DNA of 64,000 bases, taken from the NCBI GenBank assembly GCA_963723565.1, contig CAVRRH010000007.1, positions 92,329 to 156,328 on the forward strand. Reading direction: 5' to 3'. Each line of letters starts with the position of its first letter. The stretch's first letter is position 1. This document shows, piece after piece, positions 1 through 14,923 of this stretch. Origin of the DNA: an uncultured Gemmatimonadales bacterium (GTDB lineage: Bacteria; Gemmatimonadota; Gemmatimonadetes; Gemmatimonadales; GWC2-71-9). Both the position numbers and the translations under genes were made by a program. The notes beneath the pieces are model-generated. The model did not search any database. It worked only from the letters and a program-made list of their open reading frames with translations, and had not been told where the DNA came from.

Positions 1-374
1 GTGAAGCCGGAGCTCAAATACAGGGCTTGAGCCGAGCGGTTCGACTCTCTCACCTCCAGGAAGACCTCCTCTACCCGGCGCTTGCGGAGATAGGTGAGGC
101 CGGCGCGAAGGAGTGCACGGGCCACCCCGCGGCGGCGAAACTCCGGAGAGACCGCGAGATTCAGAACCTCGCCCGTGCCGGCGACTTCCCGAGCGATGAG
201 ATATCCGGCGATACCTTGCCCGCTGTTGGCCACAAGCCCGAACGACCAGGGGGAGTCCAGCGCTTCGCGGAAACTGGTCTCGCTCCATGGATCGCTGAAG
301 CAGCGGCGCTCGATCGCGACGAGCGGTGCCGCATCAGCCGGGACTGCCGACCGAATCCGGTAGGGGGCGTCCAT
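1..374 (-). CDS. rimI: Ribosomal-protein-alanine N-acetyltransferase (GNAT); C-terminus runs off the window
   Basis: Own minus-strand translation from ATG at 374 gives MDAPYRIRSAVPADAAPLVAIERRCFSDPW...GEVLNLAVSPEFRRRGVARALL...LEVRESNRSAQALYLSSGF, with no stops. It is not in the ORF track because there is no stop in the window. It follows tsaE-tsaB, as is usual. Confidence 0.8.
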   Translation of the reverse strand, partial: MDAPYRIRSAVPADAAPLVAIERRCFSDPWSETSFREALDSPWSFGLVANSGQGIAGYLIAREVAGTGEVLNLAVSPEFRRRGVARALLRAGLTYLRKRRVEEVFLEVRESNRSAQALYLSSGF

Positions 375-1054
375 GGGCCATCTCCCAACGAGCCTGGGCT
401 TCCGCTGGCCTGCCGTACACCGGCTCCCACTCCGACACCGCATCCACCCGGCAAGCACCGCCGCCGCGGCCGACCAAGGCGAGCAATCGCGTAGCGCGAG
501 GCGCGCCCTCGGGCGGACCAATGACCGGCCGGCCGATCCAGGACTCCAGTACTGCGAGGATGTCGGCTGGCGCTTCCCCGACCACGACTGCGGGCGTGAA
601 CCCACCCTGCTATGAGCTCGTCCGGCCTCCGGACCGACGGAGCCAGCTCGGTGTGAATCCGCTCCGGCAGAAAGCGGTACCCAGCGGCGTACACCTCGCC
701 GCGGAGCGCACCCGCCACCGCGAGGACCATTTGGTCCGCTCCGGCAACGCCGGCAGCCCGCACCAGCAGCGAGGGCGCAATCCAGAGCGGGAGATTGCCG
801 GGCCTGCACCAGGGCTTTCGCCACCGAGGCGCCCACTCGAAGTCCGGTGAAGCTCCCCGGGCCATCGCTCAAGACGATGCCGGTCAGGTCAGTCGAGCGA
901 GGCGCCCGCCCGCCGAAGGAGGCTCTGGATCATCGGCAGAAGCGCGGCGGCGTGCCGCCGGGCGCCGGCCACGATTCTCTTCCAGTGGGTCCGCTCCGGG
1001 TACACCGAGCGCGACGGAGGCGCGGTCGGTTGCGGTTTCGATGGCCAGCAACAT
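334..1054 (-). CDS. tsaB: tRNA t6A37 protein TsaB (YeaZ); frame broken at least 3 times as assembled
   Basis: MLLAIETATDRASVALG starts at 1054. PLWIAPSLLVRAAG...ALRGEVYAAGYRF lies in the ORF 161..865 frame. The C-terminus EPVYGRPAEAQARWE lies in ORF 334..585. The start overlaps the tsaE stop. Confidence 0.75.
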
Positions 1055-1434
1055 CAGAGCGACTCCAGCCCGCGGCGAGCGGGATCCGGCAGGTGAACCA
1101 GCCTGAAGCGCCGGGTGGGCGTCGGAATCCAGGCACCGGCGCGCTCGGGCCACTCGATCAGTATGGCGTCTCCCTCGGCAACGAGGCCCTCCCAGTCGAG
1201 ATCCGCCGCTTCGTCGGGAGAACGCAGTCGAAAGCAATCGAGATGGAACACCGGTCCTCTCGCGCCCTGATACCGGTGCACCAGCGCGTAGGTCGGGCTG
1301 GTGGCCGGTCCGGTGACGCCGAGGCCGCGGGCAACCGCCTTGATCAACGTCGTCTTCCCTGCCCCGAGATCGCCTTCGAAGGTGACCAGCTCGCCCGGAC
1401 GGAGCGCACCGGCCGAGCGCCTCTCCCTGGGCAT
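1054..1434 (-). CDS. tsaE: tRNA t6A37 ATPase TsaE (YjeE)
   Basis: ORF 126 aa with P-loop GDLGAGKTTL and the SPTY motif. It neighbours tsaB and rimI. Confidence 0.9.
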   Translation of the reverse strand: MPRERRSAGALRPGELVTFEGDLGAGKTTLIKAVARGLGVTGPATSPTYALVHRYQGARGPVFHLDCFRLRSPDEAADLDWEGLVAEGDAILIEWPERAGAWIPTPTRRFRLVHLPDPARRGLESL

Positions 1435-1461
1435 CGAGCTCGCCCTGCGTCAGTGAGAGCG

Positions 1462-3507
<2,046 letters not shown>

Positions 3508-3514
3508 GAATGGA

Positions 3515-3520
3515 AATATA
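3515..3520 (-). promoter_or_regulatory. Possible -10 element (TATATT) 7 nt upstream of the uvrB ATG; no SD, so the transcript may be leaderless
   Basis: Minus-sense sequence is cagTATATATTtccattcATG. This is the only AT-rich patch in the uvrB upstream region, and no good -35 is present. Confidence 0.3.
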
Positions 3521-3561
3521 TACTGCCGGGGTTTCTTCGGGAACGCTGCTCAGAATGACAG

Positions 3562-3975
3562 CCTAGCCGAGACCACTCATCTGAAGCAGCCGCTGTCCAC
3601 TGGTCAGCCGGAACCGGGATGACCGACAGGCGGGACATGCGGACTAATCCGAGGTCGGAAAATGTCGGGTCGGCCTTGATGGCGGCCAAGGTGACCTGCT
3701 TGGGGAGGCGGCGATCGGCCTCGAGATCCACGACCACCAGTTTCGGATCGTTGCCGCTTCGGATCCGGGTATGGCGCACTTGCGATGCGGGCAAGGCCCA
3801 CGAGCTCCTTGCCCACGTTCGAGTGGTAGATCAGGGCCGCATCGCCCGGAGCCATACTGCGGATGTGCTTCAACGCGAGCGCGTTGGTTACCCCGTCCCA
3901 GACCGTGCGCCGCTCACGCTCGAGCTGATCGAAGGGGTAGGTATCGGCGTCGGTCTTGAGGATCCAATAGGCCAC
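3562..3975 (-). CDS. EVE (PUA-like) domain protein; two frame breaks as assembled
   Basis: MAYWILKTDADTYPFDQLERERRTVWDGV...LIYHS is in ORF 3604..3975. DPKLVVVDLEADRRLPKQVTLAAIKADPTFSDLGLVRMSRLSVIPVPADQW is in ORF 3504..3794. Skipping the T at 3596 gives ...DQWQRLLQMSGLG with a stop at 3562..3564. Confidence 0.7.
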
Positions 3976-4466
3976 TACTGCGGCGGCTTCCGCACCGCGA
4001 AGGTCTTCGAGTCTACCGAGTCACCATTGGCGTAGATCGTGATCCGATAGGCGCCAGGAGCCCACCCTTTGGCCTTGGAGGCGTGAAGCTCGGTGTTCTC
4101 GCGACCCTTGGGCTGAATGGTCTTGGTCGACGAGTCTACGACCTCGCCCTTCTGATTGGTCCATCGGGCCTGGAACGCGGCGGTGTCCGGGGATCCTACG
4201 GTACCGATCGAGACGTACACCGTATCCACTGGCTCGAACTGGAACGTCGGCTCGGTGACCCGGCTACCCTGACCGATCCCCTTTCCGATCATCACGTTGG
4301 TAATCTTTAATGTCTTGGAGGTCTCCTCTGCTTTGACTGAGTCGGCCTTTGCCGCACTGTCCCGCGCCGCAGCCGCGGCCTTCCCCGCCGTCGACGTATG
4401 ACTGCCACCACATCCAGCAGCCGCCGCGACCAACACTGCCAGGCCCACCCGCACGACGTGCCCCAT
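3975..4466 (-). CDS. Hypothetical lipoprotein
   Basis: The ATG at 4466 is preceded by AAGGAGAG. Signal peptide with lipobox: MGHVVRVGLAVLVAAAAGCGG. No recognisable domain. Confidence 0.6.
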   Translation of the reverse strand: MGHVVRVGLAVLVAAAAGCGGSHTSTAGKAAAAARDSAAKADSVKAEETSKTLKITNVMIGKGIGQGSRVTEPTFQFEPVDTVYVSIGTVGSPDTAAFQARWTNQKGEVVDSSTKTIQPKGRENTELHASKAKGWAPGAYRITIYANGDSVDSKTFAVRKPPQ

Positions 4467-4485
4467 GCTCTCTCCTTTGCGGCCG

Positions 4486-6669
4486 TTAGTTTGTTGGCGC
4501 TTCGCGTCGCTCGATCTCGCTAACACCCTTCACCCGTCGCACCGCCTTCATCACCTTGCCGAGATGGGGAAGATTGTCCACCTCGACGAAGATGGTGCCG
4601 AAGACCGAGCCGTCCTTCGTGTGCAGGTCGGCTCCCCGAATATTGGTGCCGGTCTGGCTGATGGCTTCCATGATGTCGGCGTAGAGGCCGCGGCGATCCT
4701 CGCCAGTCACGGCGAGCCGCACGGCGAACGCCTCGCCGGCGGTCTCCTGCCAATCGATGTCCACCCGGCGCCCGTCGGCCGCCAGCGTCAGCAGGTTGGG
4801 GCAGTCGGCGCGGTGGATCGAGATTCCGCGTCCCTGGGTGACGTATCCCACCACCGAGTCGCCCGGGACCGGCTGGCAGCACTGGGCGTAGCGCACCATG
4901 AGCCCGTCCACGCCCTGGATCTTGATCCCGCGGCCGAGCCGGATCCGGTCGATGACCCGCCCGAAGACCGTGGGCTTGGGCTCCTGGAGCTCGTCGCTCG
5001 GGAGATCGGGGTAGAGCGCTCGCATCACCTGCCCGATGGGCACGTCTCCCCGCCCGACCGCAATCTCGAGCCCGGGTCCGTCGGCGAGTGAGAGGGAAAC
5101 CGCGGCTTTGGCCAGGCGGCTGTCGTCGGGCGGATCGAGACGCCGGCGCCGGACTTCGCGGGTAAGGATCTCCTTGCCGAGGCTCCGGCTGACCGTCTCC
5201 TCCTCGTGATTGACCCACTGCTTGATCTTGTGGCGGGCCCGGGCGGTACGAACGTGGCTCAGCCAGTCGCGGCTCGGCTTGGCGGAGGCGCTGGTGAGAA
5301 TCTCGACCGTGTCGCCGCTCTTGAGCTCCCGATGCAGCGGCGCGATACGGCCATTGATCTTGGCGCCCTGGCACTTGAGCCCGACCTCGGTGTGCACATG
5401 GAAGGCGAAGTCGATCGCCGTGGAGCCTTTCGGCAGCCGCTTCACGTCGCCCTGCGGCGTGAAGACGAAGATCTCGTCCTGGTAGAGGTCGATCTTCAGG
5501 AACTCGAGGAACTCCTCGGGACTGTGCGTGTCCTGCTGCAGCTCGAGCAGCTGGCGGAACCAGCCCAGATGCTGGTCCAGCTCGTCCGGCGTGCCGTCGC
5601 GCTTGTAGACCCAGTGGGCCGCGATGCCGTACTCCGCCGTGCGGTGCATGTCCTGGGTGCGGATCTGCACTTCGAACAGCTGTCCGCCCGGGCCGAAGAT
5701 CGTGGTGTGGAGCGACTGGTACGCGTTGGACTTGGGGCTGGCGATGTAGTCCTTGATCCGCTCCTGGATCGGCGTCCAGTTGTGGTGGATGATGCCGAGG
5801 ACGTGGTAGCAGTCCGGCACCGAGCGGACGATGACCCGGACGGCCATGAGGTCATAGATCTCGTCGAACGCCTTGGCCCGCTTCTTCATCTTCTGGAAGA
5901 TCGACCAGAGGTGCTTGGGCCGGCCGGTGACCTCGAACCAGTCGATGCCCGCCTCCTGCAGCTCGTGGTCGAGCGGCGTCTTGAGCTTGAGGATCGTCTG
6001 CTCGCGCGCGGCGCGCTTGGCCTGCCACCTGCTGGGCGAGCGTCGCGGTAGTCCTCCGGCTCCAGGAACTTGAAGGCGAGGTCTTCCAGCTCGGCCTTGA
6101 TGCCGGCCATACCGAAGCGGTGTGCCAGCGGAGCGTAGATCTCCCGGGTCTCGAGCGCGATCCGGCCCGCCGCTCGGGCGGCAGGTGCTCCAGCGTGCGC
6201 ATGTTGTGCAGCCGGTCGGCCAGCTTGATGATGATGACGCGGGCGTCCTTGGCGATCGAGAGCAGGAGCTTGCGGTAGTTCTCGACCTGCTCTTCGGCCG
6301 AGGAGTGGAAGGTGAGGCGTGGAGATCTTGGTCAGACCATCCACGATGCCGGCCACCTCGGGCCCGAACTCCCGGGCGATGTCCTCCATCCGCACGTCGG
6401 AGTCTTCGACCACGTCGTGCAGCAGCGCGGCCGCGATCGTGGTGCTGTCCAGCAGCTGCTCGGCCAGGATCAGGGCGACGGCGATGGTGTGGGAGACGAA
6501 ATCTTCGCCCTGACATCCGCTTCTGGCCCCGGTGCGCGGACGCGCTGAAGCGGAGCGCCCGGTCGATCAGCTCGAGGTCGAGCCGGTCGGCGTGCCGCTC
6601 GAGCACGGCCCTGAGGTCGGGGGCGAGCTCGGGCAGCGTCCCGGTCACAGGAGTCTTGGTTCCCGTCAC
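4486..6669 (-). CDS. rel: Bifunctional (p)ppGpp synthetase/hydrolase (RelA/SpoT family); about 5 frame breaks in the HD region
   Basis: The synthetase, TGS and ACT parts are intact in ORF 4486..7005 (YDLMAVRVIV, QSLHTTI, EVQIRT). The HD hydrolase pieces LLHDVVEDSDVRMEDIAREFGPEVAGIVDGLTKIS, KLADRLHNMRTLEHL and ETREIYAPLAHRFGM lie in three frames between about 6040 and 6510. A GTG at 6669 overlaps the inferred radC stop. Confidence 0.88.
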   Translation of the reverse strand: MTGTKTPVTGTLPELAPDLRAVLERHADRLDLELIDRALRFSASAHRGQKRMSGRRFRLPHHRRRPDPGRAAAGQHHDRGRAAARRGRRLRRADGGHRPGVRARGGRHRGWSDQDLHASPSTPRPKSRSRTTASSCSRSPRTPASSSSSWPTGCTTCARWSTCRPSGGPDRARDPGDLRSAGTPLRYGRHQGRAGRPRLQVPGAGGLPRRSPSRWQAKRAAREQTILKLKTPLDHELQEAGIDWFEVTGRPKHLWSIFQKMKKRAKAFDEIYDLMAVRVIVRSVPDCYHVLGIIHHNWTPIQERIKDYIASPKSNAYQSLHTTIFGPGGQLFEVQIRTQDMHRTAEYGIAAHWVYKRDGTPDELDQHLGWFRQLLELQQDTHSPEEFLEFLKIDLYQDEIFVFTPQGDVKRLPKGSTAIDFAFHVHTEVGLKCQGAKINGRIAPLHRELKSGDTVEILTSASAKPSRDWLSHVRTARARHKIKQWVNHEEETVSRSLGKEILTREVRRRRLDPPDDSRLAKAAVSLSLADGPGLEIAVGRGDVPIGQVMRALYPDLPSDELQEPKPTVFGRVIDRIRLGRGIKIQGVDGLMVRYAQCCQPVPGDSVVGYVTQGRGISIHRADCPNLLTLAADGRRVDIDWQETAGEAFAVRLAVTGEDRRGLYADIMEAISQTGTNIRGADLHTKDGSVFGTIFVEVDNLPHLGKVMKAVRRVKGVSEIERREAPTN

Positions 6670-7352
6670 AACAGTCCTGCCGCTGGCAAAGCTCACGAAT
6701 CGGTCTCCGGCAATGATCACGTGGTCGTACACCGGCAGATCGAGCAGCTGGCCGGCCGCCACCAGCTGCTTGGTGGCCGCCCGGTCTTCCGCCGAGGGGG
6801 TCGGATCGCCACTGGGATGGTTGTGCACCACGATGATTCCGGCCGCCGCCTCGGCGATGGCGGCTCGGAACACTTCGCGCGGATGCACCAGCGAGCTGTT
6901 CAGCAGCCCCCGGGTGATCAGCACCTCGCGCAAGCACCTGGCTCTGACTGTCCAGCGCGAGCAGATGGAACTCCTCCACCTGGAGATCGCGCAGCCGGGG
7001 ACCAAACAGCCGGAGCACGTCCTCGGGTTCCCGGATCCGCTGCACCGCCGGGCGCTCCTCCCGCGCGGCTCCGCGCCCCCAGCTCAAAGGCCGCCAGCAG
7101 CCGTGCCGCCTTGGCCGGACCGATCCCCGGCGACCGGAGCAGCTCGCGCGCTGGGCCGCTGCGCCAGCCGGCGCAGCGATCCCTCGCTGACTCCAGCAGC
7201 CGCGAGGCCAGCTCCAGGACGTCCTGCCCGCCTCCCCCCGTACCTAACAGGATGGCGAGAAGTTCGGCGGTCGTCAACGCGGCGGGGCCCAGGGCCCAGA
7301 GCCGCTCCCGAGGGCGGTCGGCGTCCGGCAGGGTGGAAATCGGGAGGGCCAT
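6666..7352 (-). CDS. radC: RadC-like JAMM/MPN protein; frame-broken
   Basis: N-terminus MALPISTLPDADRPRERLWALGPAALTTAELLAILLGTG is in ORF 6918..7352. The JAMM motif VVHNHPSGDPTPSAEDRAATKQL is in the ORF 4486..7005 frame. Skipping the T at 6678 restores ...FASGGLL and a TGA at 6666..6668. Confidence 0.8.
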
Positions 7353-7511
7353 GCCCCCACGATAGCCGGCTCTGGGGTACTGCCGGTGCCATTATCGTGC
7401 AGGCACGACAGAACTTACGCCTTTGCTACCACCCCGTTCCATGACCCATCTCGTAACTTCTTTTTCGGGCGACAAGGCAAAGGTGGTTGGGCCCGACCTC
7501 GATGACCGACG

Positions 7512-7751
7512 GTGTCGTGCGGCGCCATTCTGCCCCTGGAGCTAGGATCGCCGGCGCGGTCTCTGCCTACGCCCGCCCCAGAAGAGCGGCCGGGGCTGGC
7601 GGCGAACGTCGAGGCTGCGGGGCTCTCGCGGATGTATGGAGGAATCCATTACCGGTTCGACATCGAGGCCGGGCAGCTGCTGGGCCGGCAGGTCGCCGAG
7701 TACGTGCTCGCTACCGATTTGAAGCACCGCGAGCCGATTCCGCTCGATTAA
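7512..7751 (+). pseudogene. C-terminal remnant of a PAP2/vanadium-haloperoxidase-like protein
   Basis: 79 aa ORF ending ...AGLSRMYGGIHYRFDIEAGQLLGRQVAEYV. This is the typical extreme C-terminus of a family that is normally over 300 aa. Only about 160 nt lie upstream before radC, so the body of the gene is missing. Confidence 0.5.
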
Positions 7752-7786
7752 CGGCACTCGAGGGTGCGACAGGAGATCGGCTCTGG

Positions 7787-10937
<3,151 letters not shown>

Positions 10938-10941
<4 letters not shown>

Positions 10942-11513
10942 TCTGGGTCCAAATATAACTGGTGAGTTGTGATGTACTCCGCGACCGGATCGGGGACCCA
11001 GTAGCGGAGCGACAGTCCCTGGTGGGCCCTTCGGCGCATCTCGGTAGCCGAGATGTCGATGGCCGGGACTTCGATCACTCTAGAGATCCAGGGTGAATGG
11101 GCCACCGGAGTCCCTGGCCGGGCAAAGACCGCGATACGGGCCAGCTCGCGGAGCTGGCTCGGCCTCCCTCCAGGCGGGAAGGTCGGCGGCAGCATCCGCG
11201 CCGAGAAGGAGCACGAACTCCGGACCCGGGCTCCCGCTCCCGCAATTGTCGCAGAGTGTCAACCGTGTAGGAGGGGCCCGGCCGGTCCAGCTCGCTCGGT
11301 TCAACGCTGAACCCCGGCGTTCCTGCGTACCGCGAGCGACAAGCATGGCCGCGCGGTGCTCGGCAGACGTGCGGTGCTGGCCGGCCTTGAAGGGCTGTTC
11401 CCGGGCGGGGACAAACCGAAGCGAGTCCAGCTCAGCTTCTCGGCCGCGACCTGTCCGACGATCAGATGGCCGTGATGCACGGGATCGAACGACCCGCCGA
11501 AGAGGCCGATCAT
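10938..11513 (-). CDS. nadD: Nicotinate-nucleotide adenylyltransferase; frame-broken
   Basis: [17 protein letters not shown] at 11513, then [32 protein letters not shown] and [28 protein letters not shown], spread over three frames. There is an ATGA overlap with the secA start. Confidence 0.8.
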
Positions 11514-11520
11514 CGGGCAC

Positions 11521-12311
11521 TCAGGCCCCGGTAGAGTGCGTCGGGCAGACCTCTCCCGCTCCGGGCGCCTTGGGGTGGAAGCGCTGGATGTAGTCGCAGG
11601 TCTCCTGCACGTCCTCCCCATATCCCAGACGCCTGTACGCCTGCACCAGCTTGATCAGCGCCTCAGGAGCCACGGCTGCCTTGGGATAGTTGGCGATCAG
11701 GTCCTTCAGATACAGGATTGCCGAGTCGTACGCCTTCAGCCGGAAATAGAAGATCGCGGCCTTGTACGTCCTTGTACGCGAAACGCTCGTTCAGCTCGGC
11801 GATCCGGAGTTGAGCCCGTTTGGCCGCCGCTGCTGCCGGGTAGCGGTTGAGCAGCTCCTGGTAGGTGGCGAGCGCGGTTTGCCCGTACGTGGGGTCGAGC
11901 TCCGGGCGCCGCCAGAGGTCGGCATAGACGTCACCTACCCGCAGCAGCGCCTCGGGGGCGATCGGATCGATTCGGCGTCTCGTCCGACGCTTTCCGGAAC
12001 TCGCGCGCCGCTTCGAGCTGCCTGCCGCGAGCAAATAGCGCCTCACCCAGCCAGTAGTGCGCTTGCGGGATGCGCGGATCTCCCGGCGGGAAGCTCCAGC
12101 AGCGCCCGTTCGAGCAGCTTCTCGGCGTCACCCCACTTCCCGTGCCGAACCGCCTGCTCCGCCTTGACGCCAGAGCGAGTCGATCATCGCCGGCGAGGCG
12201 CTCTCGTTCGGGCGAGAACCGGCGCCGGCGCTACCGTCGGGTTGGCTGCCGGCGTCCACCACCGCACGCCGCCACCAGCGCGGCGAGGCAGAAACACCAG
12301 CGATAGGTCAT
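11521..12311 (-). CDS. bamD: Outer-membrane assembly lipoprotein BamD-like (TPR); frame-broken
   Basis: Lipobox N-terminus MTYRWCFCLAALVAACGG at 12311. TPR-like pieces AHYWLGEALFARGRQLEAAREFRK and ALLRVGDVYADLW...ALATYQELLNRYPAAAAAKRAQLRIAELNERFAYKD. Stop at 11521..11523. Confidence 0.55.
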
Positions 12312-13245
12312 CGCAGGATCGTTCGGACGGAATCGAACGGGGCCGAGCCGCGGAGCTCTTCGAGCCGGTCGAGAGCCATCTGATAGATCGAATCGGTCTG
12401 GACCGCATCGGAAACCACCGTCTCGGTAAGCCAGGGCGCCGCGCCAGCGGTATCTCCCAGCCGGAGCCGGGCGTCGCCGTAGCCAACCAGCGCGCGGCGT
12501 CCCGACGGTGGTGTTCGAATCGATACGGATAGCCGCTGCAAACCACAGCGCCGCATCCGTCCGGCATACCCGTGGCCTCGGCCCGAAGCCCCAGGGCCAG
12601 CGAGCAGCCGCGACGCCCTCTTCGGCGCGCGATCGGAGCGCGGCGACTCTTGGTCCGGCGGAGGCTCGCCTGGAAGACCGGGAAGCGCCTCGACCACAGC
12701 CCTGGTCTCCCGCAGGGCGCGAACCGTAGACGACCAGGAGGGAGTCCACCGTTTCGGCGTCCGGCGCCACCGCAATGGCGGCCGGGAAGCACGGCCACGA
12801 GATCGGTTGCCTCGGCACCGCGGCCGGCGAATCAGGTCCAGCGCGTACCGGCCGATGGAACGGTCGGGAGCGATGGCATCCCATTCCCGACCACCGCTGC
12901 CTGGAGCCGTCGCGCGTCGCCGGCGCGTTCGGCCGCCCGGGCCACCGCCTCGAGACCTTCCGCCGCCTCTTCCGCCCGGGTGGGGTCTTCGGCGGCAAGC
13001 CGAGGTAGGCATCCGAGGCAACCTCGAGATTCCCGGTGTGGAGCGCCGCGGCGCCGGCCTTGGCCCAGAGCGCGTGGCGTCGGGGTCCTTGTCCAGCGCC
13101 GCGGCGGTACTCCGTCAGCGCCTCGGCGTAGCGGCCCTCGCCGTAGGCTGGTCGCCCTGGCGCTCGTGATCGCCCGCCCGCCACACGCAGCCAGAGCAGC
13201 GACCATGCAGCAAGCCATGCGCACGCGCGGCGAGCCGAGCTTCAC
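12308..13245 (-). CDS. Hypothetical TPR-like lipoprotein; heavily frame-broken
   Basis: Signal/lipobox MKLGSPRVRMACCMVAALAACGG is in ORF 12832..13245. GEGRYAEALTEYRR...LWAKAGAAALHTGNLEVASDAY lies in a second frame. The C-terminus ...SIYQMALDRLEELRGSAPFDSVRTILR is in ORF 12308..13021. Confidence 0.45.
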
Positions 13246-13955
13246 TGACCCGCCCGAGTGAGCATCGCCAGATAGGCCTCGACTCTGGCGTTCTCCGGAC
13301 GGCGCGCCAGGCAGGCCTCCCAGACCTCACCGGGCACCGTCCAGCATCGCCCGACAGGTAATGGGCGAGACCCAGCGCGGCCTCCGCATCCACGAAGTTC
13401 GGCCGCGCCGCGCACGACCTCTTCCAGCGCTTCGCGGGCTTCGAGGGCGCGGCCCGCCTCGAGGAGGAGCCGCGCCATGCGGTAGCGCAGGTCGTGAAAC
13501 TCAGGACCCAGCTCGAGCGCGCGCTCGTACTGCTCGATGGCCCGGCTCAGCGCGCCGGCCCCGGCATAGCGTCTCGGCCAGCTCGGCGTGCCGGTTGGCC
13601 AGCTGGGCAGCCACCGGCGCGGGCAGGCCGGCCGTGGGCTTCGACCAGGTGCTGCGGCCGCGCGGCCGAACGCCTCCTCCGCCTCGTCGGTTCGGCCCAG
13701 CTCATTGAGCACCAGCCCCTGGTGGATCAGGGCCTCGACGTACTGCGGGTTGAGCTCCAATGCGCGCTCCGAGCTCGCCCAGCGCGCGGTCCGCTTGACC
13801 GAGCAGCGAGAGAGAGACGCCGAGCAGGTGATGCACGTCGGCGAAGGCGCGCCCGGAATCGACGACGGATTCGAGCAGGTGGACCGCGCCGTAGTAGTCC
13901 TGCACCACGAATCGCTCCCGGGCCCGTGCCAACAGGAGCTCAGTCTGCCCGGCCA
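13242..13955 (-). CDS. TPR repeat protein; frame-broken
   Basis: MAGQTELLLARARERFVVQDYYGAVHLLESVV...HHLLGVSLSLLGQ, then ALELNPQYVEALIHQGLVLNELGRTDEAEEAF and AIEQYERALELGPEFHDLRYRMARLLLEAGRALEAREALEEV. Confidence 0.6.
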   Translation of the reverse strand, partial: WPGRLSSCWHGPGSDSWCRTTTARSTCSNPSSIPGAPSPTCITCSASLSRCSVKRTARWASSERALELNPQYVEALIHQGLVLNELGRTDEAEEAFGRAAAAPGRSPRPACPRRWLPSWPTGTPSWPRRYAGAGALSRAIEQYERALELGPEFHDLRYRMARLLLEAGRALEAREALEEVVRGAAELRGCGGRAGSRPLPVGRCWTVPGEVWEACLARRPENARVEAYLAMLTRAGQ

Positions 13956-14923
13956 TAGGCCTCCCGGAACCATCGGATGAAGCGGCGAATGCCCTTCGGA
14001 GAACGGCGTCTTCGGCGCGATAGCCGAGCACCGCGCCGGACTTGGTGAGATCGGCGGCGGTCCGCTGGACGTCGCCCGGCTGCATCGGGGCCCACTCGAT
14101 CTTGGGCTCGATGCCCAAGGCGCCGAGCGATCTCCGCCACCATGGCCTCGGTCGGGATCGGACCGGTTGCCGCCGAGATTGAAGGTCTCGACCCCGATCG
14201 GCGCCGAGGCGGTCCAGGCGATGGCGGCGAGAACTCCAGCGACGATGTCGTCGCAATAGGTGTAATCGCGCGCCTGGGTGCCATCGCCGAACAGCGTCAG
14301 CGTACGCCCTCGACCATCTTCCGAGCGAAGGCGTGGATGGCAAGATCGGGCCGCTGCCGGGGTCCGTAGACGGTGAAGAAGCGCAGTGAGGCCGCTCGGA
14401 AGCCGTAGATCGGGGCCACCGAGCTCAGAAACAGCTCTCCCGCGCGCTTGGTGGCGGCGTAGGGAGACACCGGCACGATGGCGACGGCATCCTCCGGGAA
14501 CGGCACCGGCGTGCTGTCGCCGTAGACCGAGGAGGACGAGCCGAAGACGATGCGGCTCACACCGGCCTGCCGAGCCGCCTCGACCACGGCCGCCGTCCCG
14601 GTGACGTTGGCCCGGGCATAGCCAACCGGATCGGCCAGCGAGGGCCGCACTCCCGCCTTGGCCGCCAGGTGCACGATCACGGTGTCGGGTGTGAGCAGGG
14701 CCCGCGGAGCGGCGCACATCAGCAGGTCCTGCTCCCGGAAGGTGAAACCCGGCCGGGCGCCCGACTTCTGCCAGGTTCCGCTCCTTCATCGCGCGGGGAT
14801 AGAACGGATCGAAGTTGTCGATCCCGATCACTTCGTCCCCCTGGGCGGAGCAGCGCCTCGACCAGATGCGAGCCGATGAACCCCGCGGCGCCGGTGACCA
14901 GGACCCGAGTCACCTGCGCGCCC
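13940..14923 (-). CDS. NAD-dependent epimerase/dehydratase, UDP-glucuronate 4-epimerase-like; frame-broken
   Basis: VTRVLVTGAAGFIGSHLVEALL, VIGIDNFDPFYPRAMKERNL, SSSSVYGD...SPYAATKRAGE, RFFTVYGPRQRPD, and C-terminus GIRRFIRWFREAYG. The GTGA overlap with the ugd stop supports the pairing. Confidence 0.65.

Noticed and set aside
3508-3603. SOS/LexA box upstream of uvrB
   Set aside because: I found no CTGT-N8-ACAG, GAAC-N4-GTTC or other clear palindrome. There is only an AT-rich -10-like box. I cannot support an operator call.
4486-7005. 839-aa ORF that looks like a RadC-RelA/SpoT fusion protein
   Set aside because: One extra base (T at 6678) removes the RadC stop. Skipping it gives ...FASGGLL-TGA (6666..6668), and a GTG start for rel at 6669 overlaps that stop. 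This is an assembly artefact, not a fusion.
7380-7480. Short lower-GC patches (also 41010..41160 and 45480..45500) as signs of horizontally acquired islands
   Set aside because: Each is under 150 nt, intergenic, and coincides with promoter-like or repeat sequence. No integrase, tRNA-flanked boundaries or foreign genes are present.
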